DNA of 64,000 bases, from positions 11,625 through 75,624 of the forward strand of contig DAHUXD010000039.1 of NCBI GenBank assembly GCA_027307335.1, in the 5' to 3' direction. The position numbers were made by a program, and so were the translations under genes. Positions 17,349-26,969 of the stretch are shown here, piece by piece (the first letter of the stretch is position 1; every line of letters begins with the position of its first letter). The notes beneath the pieces were generated by a model. That model did not search any database, was not told the DNA's origin, and saw nothing but the letters and a program-made list of their open reading frames with translations. The stretch is from Acidobacteriota bacterium. Its GTDB lineage: Bacteria; Acidobacteriota; Thermoanaerobaculia; UBA5066; Gp7-AA6.

Positions 17349-19469
17349 ATGCGTGTCGGCCGCGTGAGGATCCGGCCGGCGCTGCTCGCCGGAGTCGCCC
17401 TCGCAGCGACCCTGGCGACGGCACGAGGCGGCGCGGCTCCCTCGCCCGCCGCCGGGGAGCCCTCCCCGCCGCGCTTCGACGTGACGATGGAGGAGGCGTG
17501 GATCCCGATGAAGGACGGGGTGCGTCTCGCGGCGGACGTGTGGCGTCCGAAGGGTCCCGGCGCGGACGGCCGCTTCCCCGTGCTCCTCGAGTACCTGCCG
17601 TACCGGAAGAACGAGAGCCGCGGCGAGATGCACACCGAGTACGCGTACTTCGTCCGTCGCGGCTACGTCGTCGCGCGCGTCGACATCCGCGGGACCGGCT
17701 CGAGCGACGGGACGCTCATCCCGTACGAGTACAGCGAGATCGAGCAGCGCGACGGCGAGGAGGTCATCGCGTGGCTCGCGAAGCAGAAGTTCTCGAACGG
17801 CAACGTCGGCATGTTCGGCATCTCGTGGGGCGGGTTCAACTCGATCCACATGGCGATGCGGCATCCGCCGGCGCTGAAGGCGATCGTGGCGATCGACGCG
17901 ACGGACGACCTGTACCACGACGACGTGCACTTCATGGACGGCATGATGCACGTCGACGACTGGGAGATGAGCCAGGACCTCGCGAACGCGATGCCCGCCG
18001 CGCCCGACTACCGGATCGACGAGGCGTACTTCCGCGACCGCTTCGACCAGCCGCCCTGGATGCTCGTCTACAAGCACCAGCAGCGCGACGGGCCGTTCTG
18101 GGACCGCACCGCGCTGAAGGCGCGCTACGAGTCGCTCCGGATCCCGACGTTCATGATCGGCGGCTGGTACGACGGGTATCGCGACAGCATCCCGCGCATG
18201 CTCGAGAAGGTAAAGGCGCCCACGAAGGCGATCGTTGGCGCGTGGGACCACACGTATCCCGACGAGCCCTACCCCAGGCCGGGCTTCGACGGCCGGCGCG
18301 AGATGGTGCGCTGGTTCGACCAGTGGCTGAAGGGGCGCGACACCGGCATCCTGCGCGAGCCGAAGCTCGCCGTGTACGTGCGCGAGTGGCACCCGCCGGG
18401 ACCGTACCTGGAGACCGCGCCCGGCTTCTGGCGCTACGAGGACGGCTGGCCGGTCGCGCGGATCCGCGATCGGGTCTTCTATCCGCATCCCGACGGCTCG
18501 TTGTCGAGCGAGCCCTCTGCATCCGCGGTTCACGCCGAGCTCCGGTGCGTGCCGACGAGTGGCGTCGAGGCGGGCGGCCCCGTCCTCTGGTTCGGCGACG
18601 TCGCGCCGGACCAGCGGCCGACGGACGCCTTCAGCCTCGTCTACGAGACGCCGCCGCTCGAGGAGCCCGTCGAGATCCTGGGACTGCCGCGCGCGCTGCT
18701 GAAGGTGTCCGCCGACGCGCCGCTCGCGCACTGGTTCGCGCGCGTCAACGACGTCGCGCCGGACGGAACGGTCACGCTCGTCGCGAACGCGGGAGAGAAC
18801 GGCTCGCACCGGGAGTCGGCGCGCGACCCGAAGGCGATCGTGCCGGGGCAGACGTTTCCGCTCGAGATCCGGCTGCACTTCACGTCCTGGGTCTTCCCGA
18901 AGGGCCACCGCATCCGCCTCGCGGTCTCGAACGCGCAGTGGCCGATGATCTGGCCGACGCCGTACCCGACGACGACGTCGCTCTGGATGGGCGCGGACGG
19001 CTCGCGGCTGCTGCTGCCGGTCGTGCCTCCGGGCGGAAACGAAGGACCGAGGCCGGAGTACCTGCCGATCCCGCCGCCCGAGCCGGAGCTTCCGGGCTTC
19101 GGCACGATCGATTCGGAGACGCCGTCCGGGTACGGCGAGATCTCGTCGATCGACCGGAACCCGCGGACCGGCCATGCGACGGTCTCCGCGACCAACGCGA
19201 GCGGGCACCGTTATCCGTGGGGCGAGGAGCGGCGGACGGGGCGGTTCGTGCACGAGGCCGAGAACGACAAGCCGGAGCAGGCGTCGGTCCGCGGCGAATA
19301 CTCGACCGAGGTGAAGCTGCCCGACCGGACGCTCCGGTGGGAGTGCGTCGTCACGATGACGAGCGATCGCGCGAACTTCTACTACGAGCACGAGCGCCGA
19401 CTCCTGAAAGACGGCGTCCTGGTGCGCGAGAAGAGCTGGAAGGAGACGTTTCCCAGGGACTTCCAGTGA
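17349..19469 (+). CDS. CocE/NonD-family hydrolase (S15 X-Pro dipeptidyl-peptidase-like)
   Basis: A signal peptide is followed by FPVLLEYLPYRK...VGMFGISWGGF, a GxSxG-like serine motif, and a large C-terminal beta domain. Confidence 0.8.
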   Translation: MRVGRVRIRPALLAGVALAATLATARGGAAPSPAAGEPSPPRFDVTMEEAWIPMKDGVRLAADVWRPKGPGADGRFPVLLEYLPYRKNESRGEMHTEYAYFVRRGYVVARVDIRGTGSSDGTLIPYEYSEIEQRDGEEVIAWLAKQKFSNGNVGMFGISWGGFNSIHMAMRHPPALKAIVAIDATDDLYHDDVHFMDGMMHVDDWEMSQDLANAMPAAPDYRIDEAYFRDRFDQPPWMLVYKHQQRDGPFWDRTALKARYESLRIPTFMIGGWYDGYRDSIPRMLEKVKAPTKAIVGAWDHTYPDEPYPRPGFDGRREMVRWFDQWLKGRDTGILREPKLAVYVREWHPPGPYLETAPGFWRYEDGWPVARIRDRVFYPHPDGSLSSEPSASAVHAELRCVPTSGVEAGGPVLWFGDVAPDQRPTDAFSLVYETPPLEEPVEILGLPRALLKVSADAPLAHWFARVNDVAPDGTVTLVANAGENGSHRESARDPKAIVPGQTFPLEIRLHFTSWVFPKGHRIRLAVSNAQWPMIWPTPYPTTTSLWMGADGSRLLLPVVPPGGNEGPRPEYLPIPPPEPELPGFGTIDSETPSGYGEISSIDRNPRTGHATVSATNASGHRYPWGEERRTGRFVHEAENDKPEQASVRGEYSTEVKLPDRTLRWECVVTMTSDRANFYYEHERRLLKDGVLVREKSWKETFPRDFQ

Positions 19470-19560
19470 CTCTCGAGACACCTTTAATTTGGAACGGTCG
19501 GATGAATCCGCTGAATCCCGCCTCGATTCCGGTGTCTAGTTCGTCGTGGAGGGTGCCGCC

Positions 19561-20100
19561 ATGTCGACGAGTCAGGCTGCCGTGAACGTCTCGGGCAAGA
19601 AAGAGTCCCCGGGGGCGAGCGCGCGCGCGCGGGCGCTCGCCGAGCGCATCGAGGCGGGGGCGCGCGAGCTCGCGGCCTTCGCCGAGGGGCTTTCCGACGC
19701 GGAGTGGAAGACGCCGATGGCGTCGGGCACCGACCGGCGGACGGTCGGCGTGATCGTCCACCACGTCGCGAACATGTACCCGATCGAAGTGGATGTCGCG
19801 AAGACCGTCGCGGGCGGCGGCGCGGTGGACGTGACCTGGGACGCCGTGGCCGACATCAACGCGAAGCACGCCGCCGAGACCGCGGGCGTGACGAAGACGG
19901 CCGCGATCGAGCTGCTGCGGAGGAACAGCCGCGCGGCGGCCGAGGCCGTGCGCGGACTCACGGACGAGGAGCTCGACCGCGCCGCGCCGTTCGGCCTCTC
20001 CTACGGCGCGCCGATGACGGCGCAGTTCGTGATCGAGGACCACGCCCTGCGCCACAGCTGGCACCACCTGGCGCGGATCAGGAAGGCGCTCAAGCGCTGA
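19561..20100 (+). CDS. DinB-family protein
   Basis: It has a four-helix DinB-like pattern with GVIVHHVANMYP. Confidence 0.65.
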   Translation: MSTSQAAVNVSGKKESPGASARARALAERIEAGARELAAFAEGLSDAEWKTPMASGTDRRTVGVIVHHVANMYPIEVDVAKTVAGGGAVDVTWDAVADINAKHAAETAGVTKTAAIELLRRNSRAAAEAVRGLTDEELDRAAPFGLSYGAPMTAQFVIEDHALRHSWHHLARIRKALKR

Positions 20101-20129
20101 GGCCGCATCGGCGGTCATCGAGCAGTCCC

Positions 20130-20660
20130 GTGAATTTTCGGTTCGACGAGGCGGTGCCGGTGCTGTCGCGGACGCCGGCCGTCCTTCGCGGCTGGCTCGC
20201 GGACCTTCCCGCTCGCTGGACGTCCGCGACCGAGGGACCCGGGACCTGGAGCCCCTACGACGTCGTCGGCCACCTGATCCATGCCGAGCGTACCGACTGG
20301 ATCCCCCGCGCGGAGCACATCCTGCGGCGCGGCGAGTCGGTGCCGTTCCCGCCGTTCGACCGCGAGGCGATGTTCGCGGCGTCGCGAGGACGGTCGCTCG
20401 GGGACTTGCTCGACACCTTCGAGGCGCTGCGCCGCGATAGCCTCGCGCGGCTGGAGGGGTTTCATCTGACCGAGGCCGACCTGTCCCGCCGCGGGCTTCA
20501 TCCGGAGCTCGGCTCCGTCACGCTCGGGCAGCACCTCGCGACGTGGGTCGCGCACGACATGAGCCATCTCGCCCAGGTCGTGCGCACGATGGCGCGGCAG
20601 TACACGGAGGCCGTGGGGCCGTGGGTCGCGTACCTGTCGGTGCTCAAGGCGCGTGGATGA
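20130..20660 (+). CDS. DinB-family protein
   Basis: WSPYDVVGHLIHAERTDW...WVAHDMSHLAQV carries the His triad; the GTG start was read by eye. Confidence 0.65.
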   Translation: MNFRFDEAVPVLSRTPAVLRGWLADLPARWTSATEGPGTWSPYDVVGHLIHAERTDWIPRAEHILRRGESVPFPPFDREAMFAASRGRSLGDLLDTFEALRRDSLARLEGFHLTEADLSRRGLHPELGSVTLGQHLATWVAHDMSHLAQVVRTMARQYTEAVGPWVAYLSVLKARG

Positions 20661-21136
20661 CTCCGGAAACCGTCGCCCGCGATCTCCGGGAAGCCGTCGG
20701 TGCGGCGGCTCCGCGCCTCGAGGCGCTGTCCGAGGAGGACGCGAGCCGTCCGCTCGCCCCCGGCAAGTGGTCGCCGAAGGAAGTGATCGGCCACCTGATC
20801 GACTCGGTCTCGCACAATCACCAGCGCTTCGTGCGCGCGCGGTTCGTGGACCATCTCGAGTTCGTCGGGTACGAGCAGGACCGCTGGGTGGCGGAGCAGC
20901 GCTACGGGTCGGTGCCGTGGACGGAGCTCATCACGCTGTGGCGCCTCTACAACCTGCACCTCGCGCGCGTCATCGAGGGAACGCCGCCGGGCGTCGGCGA
21001 GTCGCCGCGGATGCGGCACAACCTGGACCAGATCGCTTGGAAGCCGGTGCCGCGGGACCGGCCGGCGACGCTGCTCTACTTCATGGACGACTACGTCGGG
21101 CACTTGAAGCACCACCTGAAACAGGTGCTCGGCTGA
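20657..21136 (+). CDS. DinB-family protein
   Basis: WSPKEVIGHLIDSVSHNHQR...YVGHLKHH; the start overlaps the upstream stop (ATGA). Confidence 0.7.
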   Translation: MTPETVARDLREAVGAAAPRLEALSEEDASRPLAPGKWSPKEVIGHLIDSVSHNHQRFVRARFVDHLEFVGYEQDRWVAEQRYGSVPWTELITLWRLYNLHLARVIEGTPPGVGESPRMRHNLDQIAWKPVPRDRPATLLYFMDDYVGHLKHHLKQVLG

Positions 21137-21152
21137 TCGCGCGGTCCGTCCC

Positions 21153-21749
21153 GTGAGGGGCTCCGTCTTCGTCGGCGTGAGCGTCGACGGGTTCATGGCC
21201 CGCCCCGACGGACGTTTCGACTTTCTTCCCGAGGGCGGCGGCGAGGAGCACGGCTACACGGAGTTCATGGCCTCGGTGGACGCGCTCGTCATCGGCCGCA
21301 AGACCTACGAGGTGGTGCTCGCCTTTCCCGGCTGGGCCTACGGAAAGAAGCCCGTGTACGTCCTGAGCTCGAAGCCTCTCGCGCCGGCGCCCGAGGGCGC
21401 GGTCGTCGAGAGGATGTCGGGCGATCCGCGGGCGATCGCGGCGGCGCTCGACGCGCGCGGCGTCGGGCACGCCTACGTCGACGGCGGCGAGACGATCCAG
21501 GCTTTCCTGCGGGCCGGACTGATCCAGCGGCTGATCGTCACGCGGGTGCCCGTTCTCGTCGGCGAGGGCATTCCGCTCTTCGGCGCCACCGGCGGCGACG
21601 TCGCGCTCCGGCACGTCGAGACGCGCACCTACGCGGGCGGCCTCGTCAAGAGCGAATACGAGGTGCTCGGCTCGCGGCGGAGGAACGCCGCGTCGGAAAC
21701 GCGGGCCTCGCGAAGCGAGGGACGGGGTTCCGAAGGAGAAGGCACGTAA
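21153..21749 (+). CDS. dihydrofolate reductase-family protein (RibD C-terminal-like)
   Basis: SVFVGVSVDGFMARPDG...LVIGRKTYE follows the RibD-C pattern; there is an unusual S/R/E-rich C-terminal tail. Confidence 0.7.
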   Translation: MRGSVFVGVSVDGFMARPDGRFDFLPEGGGEEHGYTEFMASVDALVIGRKTYEVVLAFPGWAYGKKPVYVLSSKPLAPAPEGAVVERMSGDPRAIAAALDARGVGHAYVDGGETIQAFLRAGLIQRLIVTRVPVLVGEGIPLFGATGGDVALRHVETRTYAGGLVKSEYEVLGSRRRNAASETRASRSEGRGSEGEGT

Positions 21750-21784
21750 CGCCGGGAGCCGCGCCGCCGATTACACTGGAGACG

Positions 21785-22237
21785 GTGAGGTCGAAGAGGA
21801 AGGGCGAAGGCGCTCCCGTGGTCCCGTTCCCGCGGCGGGCGGGCAGCGGCGCTCCGCTCCCCGGGGAGACGCCGGCGGAGAGCGCCGCGGCTGCCCTCGA
21901 GCGTCGGCTCCGCCGCGTCACGCGGACCATCCTCGCCGTGGGCTTCGGCGCGGCGGTCGTCGCGTGGATCGTCGCCGGCGCCCGTCCCGAGAACCCGCTC
22001 GGCTACGACCCGCTCGACAACAAGAAGTACATCCACGACCTGCAGGTGTACGGCGGCACCGCCAACGTCCTCGCGGCCGAGTTCCGCGAGTGGTTCGCGG
22101 GACTCTGGTACGGCAGGAACCTGGCGTACACGATCGCCGTGCTGACCGTTCTCGTCGTGCTCGTCGTCCGCTTCACCCTGCTGACGAATCCGTCCGCGGA
22201 CGACGAGACCGCGGGAACGCGGGAGGACGCGTCATGA
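21785..22237 (+). CDS. hypothetical membrane protein (2 predicted TM helices)
   Basis: Hydrophobic segments TILAVGFGAAVVAWIVAGA and LAYTIAVLTVLVVLVV; GTG start. Confidence 0.4.
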   Translation: MRSKRKGEGAPVVPFPRRAGSGAPLPGETPAESAAAALERRLRRVTRTILAVGFGAAVVAWIVAGARPENPLGYDPLDNKKYIHDLQVYGGTANVLAAEFREWFAGLWYGRNLAYTIAVLTVLVVLVVRFTLLTNPSADDETAGTREDAS

Positions 22238-22653
22238 GGAAGGCGCCGCGTCTCTTTCGGATCGCGCTCGAGGTGGGGAACGGCGCGAAGGCCGCGAAGT
22301 TCTACGAGCGGCTGCTCGGCGTGGCCGGGAGAGCGGTCGGCGGCGGCCGGCACTACTTCGACTGCGGCGGCGTCATCCTCGCGCTCGTCGAGGTCTCGCG
22401 GCGGGGTTCCGGAGGCAACGCCGGGCCCGAGCCGGCGCCCGAGAACGTCTACCTCGCCGTCGCGAACCTCGCGGCGGTCCACGCGCGCGCCCGGTCGCTG
22501 CGCTGCCTCTCGAAGGAGAAGGTGCACGACGAGCCGGGGGGCGCGATCGTGCGGCGGCCCTGGGGCGAGCGCTCGTTCTATGCCCTGGACCGCGACCGGA
22601 ACCCGCTCTGTTTCGTCGACGCGCGGACGCTCTTCACCGGCCGCCGCGACTGA
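22234..22653 (+). CDS. VOC family protein
   Basis: LFRIALEVGNGAKAAKFYERLLGV...LDRDRNPLCFVD; ATGA overlap with the upstream gene. Confidence 0.6.
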   Translation: MRKAPRLFRIALEVGNGAKAAKFYERLLGVAGRAVGGGRHYFDCGGVILALVEVSRRGSGGNAGPEPAPENVYLAVANLAAVHARARSLRCLSKEKVHDEPGGAIVRRPWGERSFYALDRDRNPLCFVDARTLFTGRRD

Positions 22654-22707
22654 CGGTTCGCCGGCATCGTCCGCTTCCGGTATCGTTGCCGGGGAAGGGC
22701 GGCGGCC

Positions 22708-23259
22708 ATGGGTGACGCGACGGCGTGGATCGATCAGGGCAGGCGGGCCCGGCGCGAGGGCCGTCCGGACGACGCGCGCCGCGCCTACGCCGAGGCGATC
22801 GAAGCGTGCCGCGGACCCGCGCATCGGCGCCTGCTCCTCGAGGCCCTGAGGGGACTTGCGCGGATCGAGCGGGACCTCGGCGATCCCGCGGCCGCGCTGG
22901 CGCTGTACGAGGAGGCGGTCGCGGTGGCCCGCCAGACGGACGACGCGCTCACACTCGCGCACACGGTGCGGCACCTCGGCGACGTCCACCGCGAAACCGG
23001 CCGAGACGATCTCGCCGAGCCGTTCTATCGCGAAGCGCTCGCGATCTATCGCGGCCACCCGGAAACGGCGCCGCTCGAGCTCGCGAACGCGATCCGGCCT
23101 CTCGCGATCGTGGAGGAGAGGGCCGGCCGCTCCGCCGAGGCGCGGCGGCTCTGGCACGAGGCGCGCGATCTCTACGCCGCCGCGGGCGTCGAGGCGGGGT
23201 ATGCCGAATGCGCGAGCCGCATGGAGGCGCTTCCGGCGCCCGAGGAGCCTCTCCCGTGA
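22708..23259 (+). CDS. TPR-repeat protein
   Basis: Helix pairs repeat, with AYAEAIEA, ALYEEAVAVAR and FYREALAIYR. Confidence 0.6.
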   Translation: MGDATAWIDQGRRARREGRPDDARRAYAEAIEACRGPAHRRLLLEALRGLARIERDLGDPAAALALYEEAVAVARQTDDALTLAHTVRHLGDVHRETGRDDLAEPFYREALAIYRGHPETAPLELANAIRPLAIVEERAGRSAEARRLWHEARDLYAAAGVEAGYAECASRMEALPAPEEPLP

Positions 23260-23335
23260 CGGACGATCGGGCGCTGGCACGTGACATCCGCGTCGACGGC
23301 GGACGCCACGAGTACGCCCTCGACGACAGCTTGCC

Positions 23336-23695
23336 GTGACGCGGCGCCGCGCCGCACGCTCCGCCGCCGCGCCCAATCGATTCGAGCGCGTCTACGCCGT
23401 CGTGCGGCGGATTCCCCGCGGGCGCGTCGCGACGTACGGGCAGGTCGCCGCGCTGGCGGGCCTGCCGGGGCACGCGCGCTTCGTCGGGTACGCGCTCGCG
23501 GCGCTGCCGGCCGGGAGCCGGGTGGCCTGGCAGCGCGTCGTGAACGCCCAGGGTCGGGTGAGCCCGCGGCGGGACGGATCCGGCGTCGAGGCGCTGCAGG
23601 CGGCGATCCTCCGCCGCGAGGGCGTCCGCTTCGGGCGGGAGGGCGCGATCGCGCTCGCCGCGTTCCGCTGGAACCCGGGATACGTCCGACGATAG
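23336..23695 (+). CDS. MGMT-family DNA-binding protein, alkyltransferase-like (ATL; active-site Cys replaced by Trp)
   Basis: RIPRGRVATYGQVA is the helix-turn-helix of the MGMT C-domain. The PCHRVV active site is replaced by AWQRVVNAQG. Confidence 0.7.
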   Translation: MTRRRAARSAAAPNRFERVYAVVRRIPRGRVATYGQVAALAGLPGHARFVGYALAALPAGSRVAWQRVVNAQGRVSPRRDGSGVEALQAAILRREGVRFGREGAIALAAFRWNPGYVRR

Positions 23696-23708
23696 GCTCG
23701 CGCGTCGG

Positions 23709-24329
23709 ATGATCTCGGCGTCGGAAGCGCTCGATCGGCTGCGCGAGGGGAACGGGCGCTTCGTCCGGAACGTCCGGGACTCGTCCGGGCTCGTCGGCGA
23801 GGCGCGGCGCGCCCAGCTCGTGGACGGACAGGAACCGTTCGCGATCGTGCTCGGATGCTCGGACTCGCGGGTGCCGGCCGAGCTCGTGTTCGACCAGGGC
23901 TTCGGCGACCTCTTCGTGATCCGCGTCGCCGGCAACATCGTCGCGCCCTCGCAGGTCGGCAGCGTCGAGTTCGGGGCGGAGCGCTTCGGCACGCCGCTCG
24001 TCGTCGTGCTCGGCCACACGCGCTGCGGCGCGATCCTCGCGACGCTCGAGGCCCTCCGACAGGCGAGGCCCGGCTCGTCCCGCAACCTGCGCTCGATCGT
24101 CGACCGCGTCCGGCCGTCGGTCGAGCCGCTGCTGAAGACGGATCTCGCCGGCGACCCGAACCGTCTCGTCGCGGCCGCCGTGCGCGCGAACATCCGCGCG
24201 TCGACGGCGCACCTGCGGTCGGGCTCCGAGATCCTCGAGAGCCTGATCCTGGGCGGGCGGCTGGCCGTCGTCGGCGCGGAGTATTCGCTCGAGACCGGAG
24301 TGGTCGACTTCTTCGACGGCGCGGCGTGA
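23709..24329 (+). CDS. beta-class carbonic anhydrase
   Basis: The CSDSRV and HTRCGA zinc-ligand motifs are present. Confidence 0.85.
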   Translation: MISASEALDRLREGNGRFVRNVRDSSGLVGEARRAQLVDGQEPFAIVLGCSDSRVPAELVFDQGFGDLFVIRVAGNIVAPSQVGSVEFGAERFGTPLVVVLGHTRCGAILATLEALRQARPGSSRNLRSIVDRVRPSVEPLLKTDLAGDPNRLVAAAVRANIRASTAHLRSGSEILESLILGGRLAVVGAEYSLETGVVDFFDGAA

Positions 24330-25024
24330 TCGCCGTCGCGGCGGCACTGGCGCTCGCGCTCCGGCTCCTCCCGGCGGGCGGCGCGCCGAAGCACGCCGAG
24401 TATGCGGCGCGCTGGGACCCCTCCGCCGGAGGACCGGCGACTTCCGCCGAGGTCCTCTCGCGCCTGGGGCTCGCGGCGTCGGCCGCGGGTACCGCGTGCG
24501 AGATCCGCTACTACGACCTGCCCCCGCCCGAGGGCGCCCCGAAGGGCGCCGCGGTCATCCTGCGCCGCCGCGCCTGCGACGACGGGACCGTGGAGATCCG
24601 CCTGAAATACCGCACGGCGCATCCCCTGGACGCATGGGAATGCCCGCCCGGCCTCGGCTCCGCCTCGAGCGAGGTCGACGTCGGGCTCGGCGCCGAGGCG
24701 CCGTCGCGCGTCGACGCGTACGCCTGCACGCTCTCGGCGGACGCGCCGCCGGCCTCGCTCCGCGCCTCCGCGAAGCCGTGCGTTTCGCGCATGACGCGCG
24801 TCACGGCGCGGACCGGCGGCGGCAGCGGGCACCTCAAGGTCGAGGACTGGACGCTCCCCGGCGGCGCACGCCGCCTGGAGGTATCGCAGAAGGGCCGCGA
24901 CGACGTCGACGCGCTCGCCGCGTTCCAGGCCGTCGTCGAGCGGCTGCGGGAGGCGGGCGCGCGCTTCCTGGACGAGAGCAAGACGGAGCTCGGGAGCCGC
25001 TGTCCCGACGGCGCGGCGCGATGA
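24326..25024 (+). CDS. hypothetical secreted Cys-containing protein
   Basis: GTGA overlap with the carbonic anhydrase gene; the N-terminus VIAVAAALALALRLL is hydrophobic; 6 Cys; no family recognised. Confidence 0.5.
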   Translation: MIAVAAALALALRLLPAGGAPKHAEYAARWDPSAGGPATSAEVLSRLGLAASAAGTACEIRYYDLPPPEGAPKGAAVILRRRACDDGTVEIRLKYRTAHPLDAWECPPGLGSASSEVDVGLGAEAPSRVDAYACTLSADAPPASLRASAKPCVSRMTRVTARTGGGSGHLKVEDWTLPGGARRLEVSQKGRDDVDALAAFQAVVERLREAGARFLDESKTELGSRCPDGAAR

Positions 25025-25070
25025 GCGCCCTCCGCGCCGCGCGCCGGTATGATCGCGCGCGGAACGGATC

Positions 25071-25538
25071 ATGGCCGGACGCATCGACACGCGCCTGAAG
25101 GAGCTCGACATCGAGCTGCCGACGCCGAGCACGCCCGGCGCGAACTACGTGCCGTTCGTCCGCTCGGGGACGCTCCTGTTCCTGACGGGCCAGCTCTCGC
25201 AATGGAACGGCGAGCGGCGGTTCGTCGGCAAGCTCGGCCGCGAGTGGAGCGTCGAGCAGGGGCGCGAAGCCGCGCGGCTCTGCGGGCTGAACCTCATCGC
25301 CCACCTGCGGACGGCGGCGGGCGGCGACCTCGACCGGGTGCGCCGCTGCGTGCGGCTCGCCGGTTACGTCAACTCGACGCCCGATTTCCTCGCGCAGTCG
25401 CAGGTGATGAACGGCGCGTCCGACCTCTTCGTCGACGTGTTCGGCGACGCGGGCCGGCACGCGCGCATGGCCGTGGGCGTCGCGGCGCTCCCCTACGACG
25501 TCGCCGTGGAGGTGGAGGGGGTGTTCGATGTCGAGTGA
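25071..25538 (+). CDS. RidA/YjgF family protein
   Basis: VRSGTLLFLTGQLS...AGGDLDRVRRCVRLAGYVNS matches RidA. Confidence 0.75.
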   Translation: MAGRIDTRLKELDIELPTPSTPGANYVPFVRSGTLLFLTGQLSQWNGERRFVGKLGREWSVEQGREAARLCGLNLIAHLRTAAGGDLDRVRRCVRLAGYVNSTPDFLAQSQVMNGASDLFVDVFGDAGRHARMAVGVAALPYDVAVEVEGVFDVE

Positions 25539-25971
25539 GCGTTTCCACCAGGGATCGCGGGTTGCCGCCCTGTTCCTGGCGACCGCCGCGGCCCTCGCCG
25601 TCCCCGCCCCCGTCGCCGAGGTCCTGGGCGACTGGCGCGGCACATCGACCTGCGTGAAGAGCGCCGAGTTTTCGAGCTGCCGCGACGAGGTCGTCGTGTA
25701 CGAATTCCGGAAGGCGGCCGCGGAGGACGAGAGGGTGACCCTCACCGCCTACAAGATCGTGGACGGCGAGAAGCAGCTGATGGGCGAGTTCTACCTCACC
25801 TGGGATCCGAAGCAGGGCGCATGGACGAAGGACTTCCAGAACGAGCGCTACCACGGGCTGTTCACCTACGTCGTCCGCGGCGACGAGATCACGGGCACCC
25901 TCGTGGATCTGCCCTCGAGGCACGTCATCCGGAACATCTCGGTCCGGCGCGAGAAGCCCGCCAACCGGTGA
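25528..25971 (+). CDS. hypothetical secreted protein
   Basis: A signal-like N-terminus VAALFLATAAALA; no family recognised. Confidence 0.5.
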   Translation: MSSERFHQGSRVAALFLATAAALAVPAPVAEVLGDWRGTSTCVKSAEFSSCRDEVVVYEFRKAAAEDERVTLTAYKIVDGEKQLMGEFYLTWDPKQGAWTKDFQNERYHGLFTYVVRGDEITGTLVDLPSRHVIRNISVRREKPANR

Positions 25972-26023
25972 GGGCAACGTCGGTGGCGCGCAGGAGTGCT
26001 CGCGCCGCGGACCGGAGGGTGCG

Positions 26024-26446
26024 ATGGTCGGGGCGAAGAACAAGACCCAGAAGACGGAAGCGAGCGTCGCGAAGTTCCTCTCCGGACTCGACGCGGAGCG
26101 GCAGGCGGACTGCCGGAAGCTCGCCGCGATGCTGAAGCGCGTCACGAAGGCGGAGCCGAAGATGTGGGGCGCGAACATCGTCGGCTTCGGGGAGCACCGG
26201 CTGAAGTACGAGAGCGGGCGCGAGCTCGACTGGTTCGTCGTCGGGTTCTCGCCGCGCGAGGCCGCGCTGACGCTCTACGGAATGGGCGGCGCGAAGCTCG
26301 ACGCCGCGACCGCGAAGCGCCTCGGGAAGCACGAGACGGGCGGCGGCTGTCTGTACATCCGGAAGCTCGAGGACGTCGATAAGAAGGTGCTCGAGGAGAT
26401 CGTACGGAAGTCGGTCGGACGGATGCGGGCGAAGGTACGGGCATGA
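26024..26446 (+). CDS. DUF1801 (YdhG-like) domain protein
   Basis: VAKFLSGLDAERQADCRKLAAMLKR...GFSPREAALTLY matches DUF1801. Confidence 0.7.
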   Translation: MVGAKNKTQKTEASVAKFLSGLDAERQADCRKLAAMLKRVTKAEPKMWGANIVGFGEHRLKYESGRELDWFVVGFSPREAALTLYGMGGAKLDAATAKRLGKHETGGGCLYIRKLEDVDKKVLEEIVRKSVGRMRAKVRA

Positions 26447-26892
26447 GGCGGCGAGCGGGCGCGGCCGTCGTCCTCCTCCTGCTCGCGGGCGGCGCGACGC
26501 GGCGGGCCCGGGCGGACGACCCGCTGCCGCCGCCCGTGACGCTGCCGCCCGAGCTCGCGCGCGTGCTGACGGACTACGAGACCGCGTGGCGCGCTCACGA
26601 TGCGCGGGTGCTCGCCCGGCTCTTCGCCGAGGACGGCTTCGCGCTCTCGCCGAGCTCGCCGCCCGCCCGGGGCCGCGCCGCGATCGAGAGGCACTACGCG
26701 AATGCCGGCGGCGACCTGTCGCTGCGCGCGTACGCGTATGCCGTCGACGGCCGGATCGGCTACATCGTCGGGGGCTTCGGCCGCACCGGCGAGCCGGAGG
26801 GCGGTAAGTTCACGCTGACGCTCGTCAAGGGCGGCGACGGCCGCTGGCTGATCTTCTCCGACATGGACAACGGGAACGAACGCCGCAATTGA
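26443..26892 (+). CDS. secreted SnoaL-like/DUF4440 (NTF2-like) protein
   Basis: A signal peptide is followed by LTDYETAWRAHDARVLARLFAEDG and WLIFSDMDN; ATGA overlap with the upstream gene. Confidence 0.6.
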   Translation: MRRRAGAAVVLLLLAGGATRRARADDPLPPPVTLPPELARVLTDYETAWRAHDARVLARLFAEDGFALSPSSPPARGRAAIERHYANAGGDLSLRAYAYAVDGRIGYIVGGFGRTGEPEGGKFTLTLVKGGDGRWLIFSDMDNGNERRN

Positions 26893-26969
26893 CCGCCGGG
26901 ACCAGGCGGTCCGCTCCCGGGTTCCGGTCGCGGCGGAGTTTTGACAAGATGCGCGCTCACGGAGGATCC

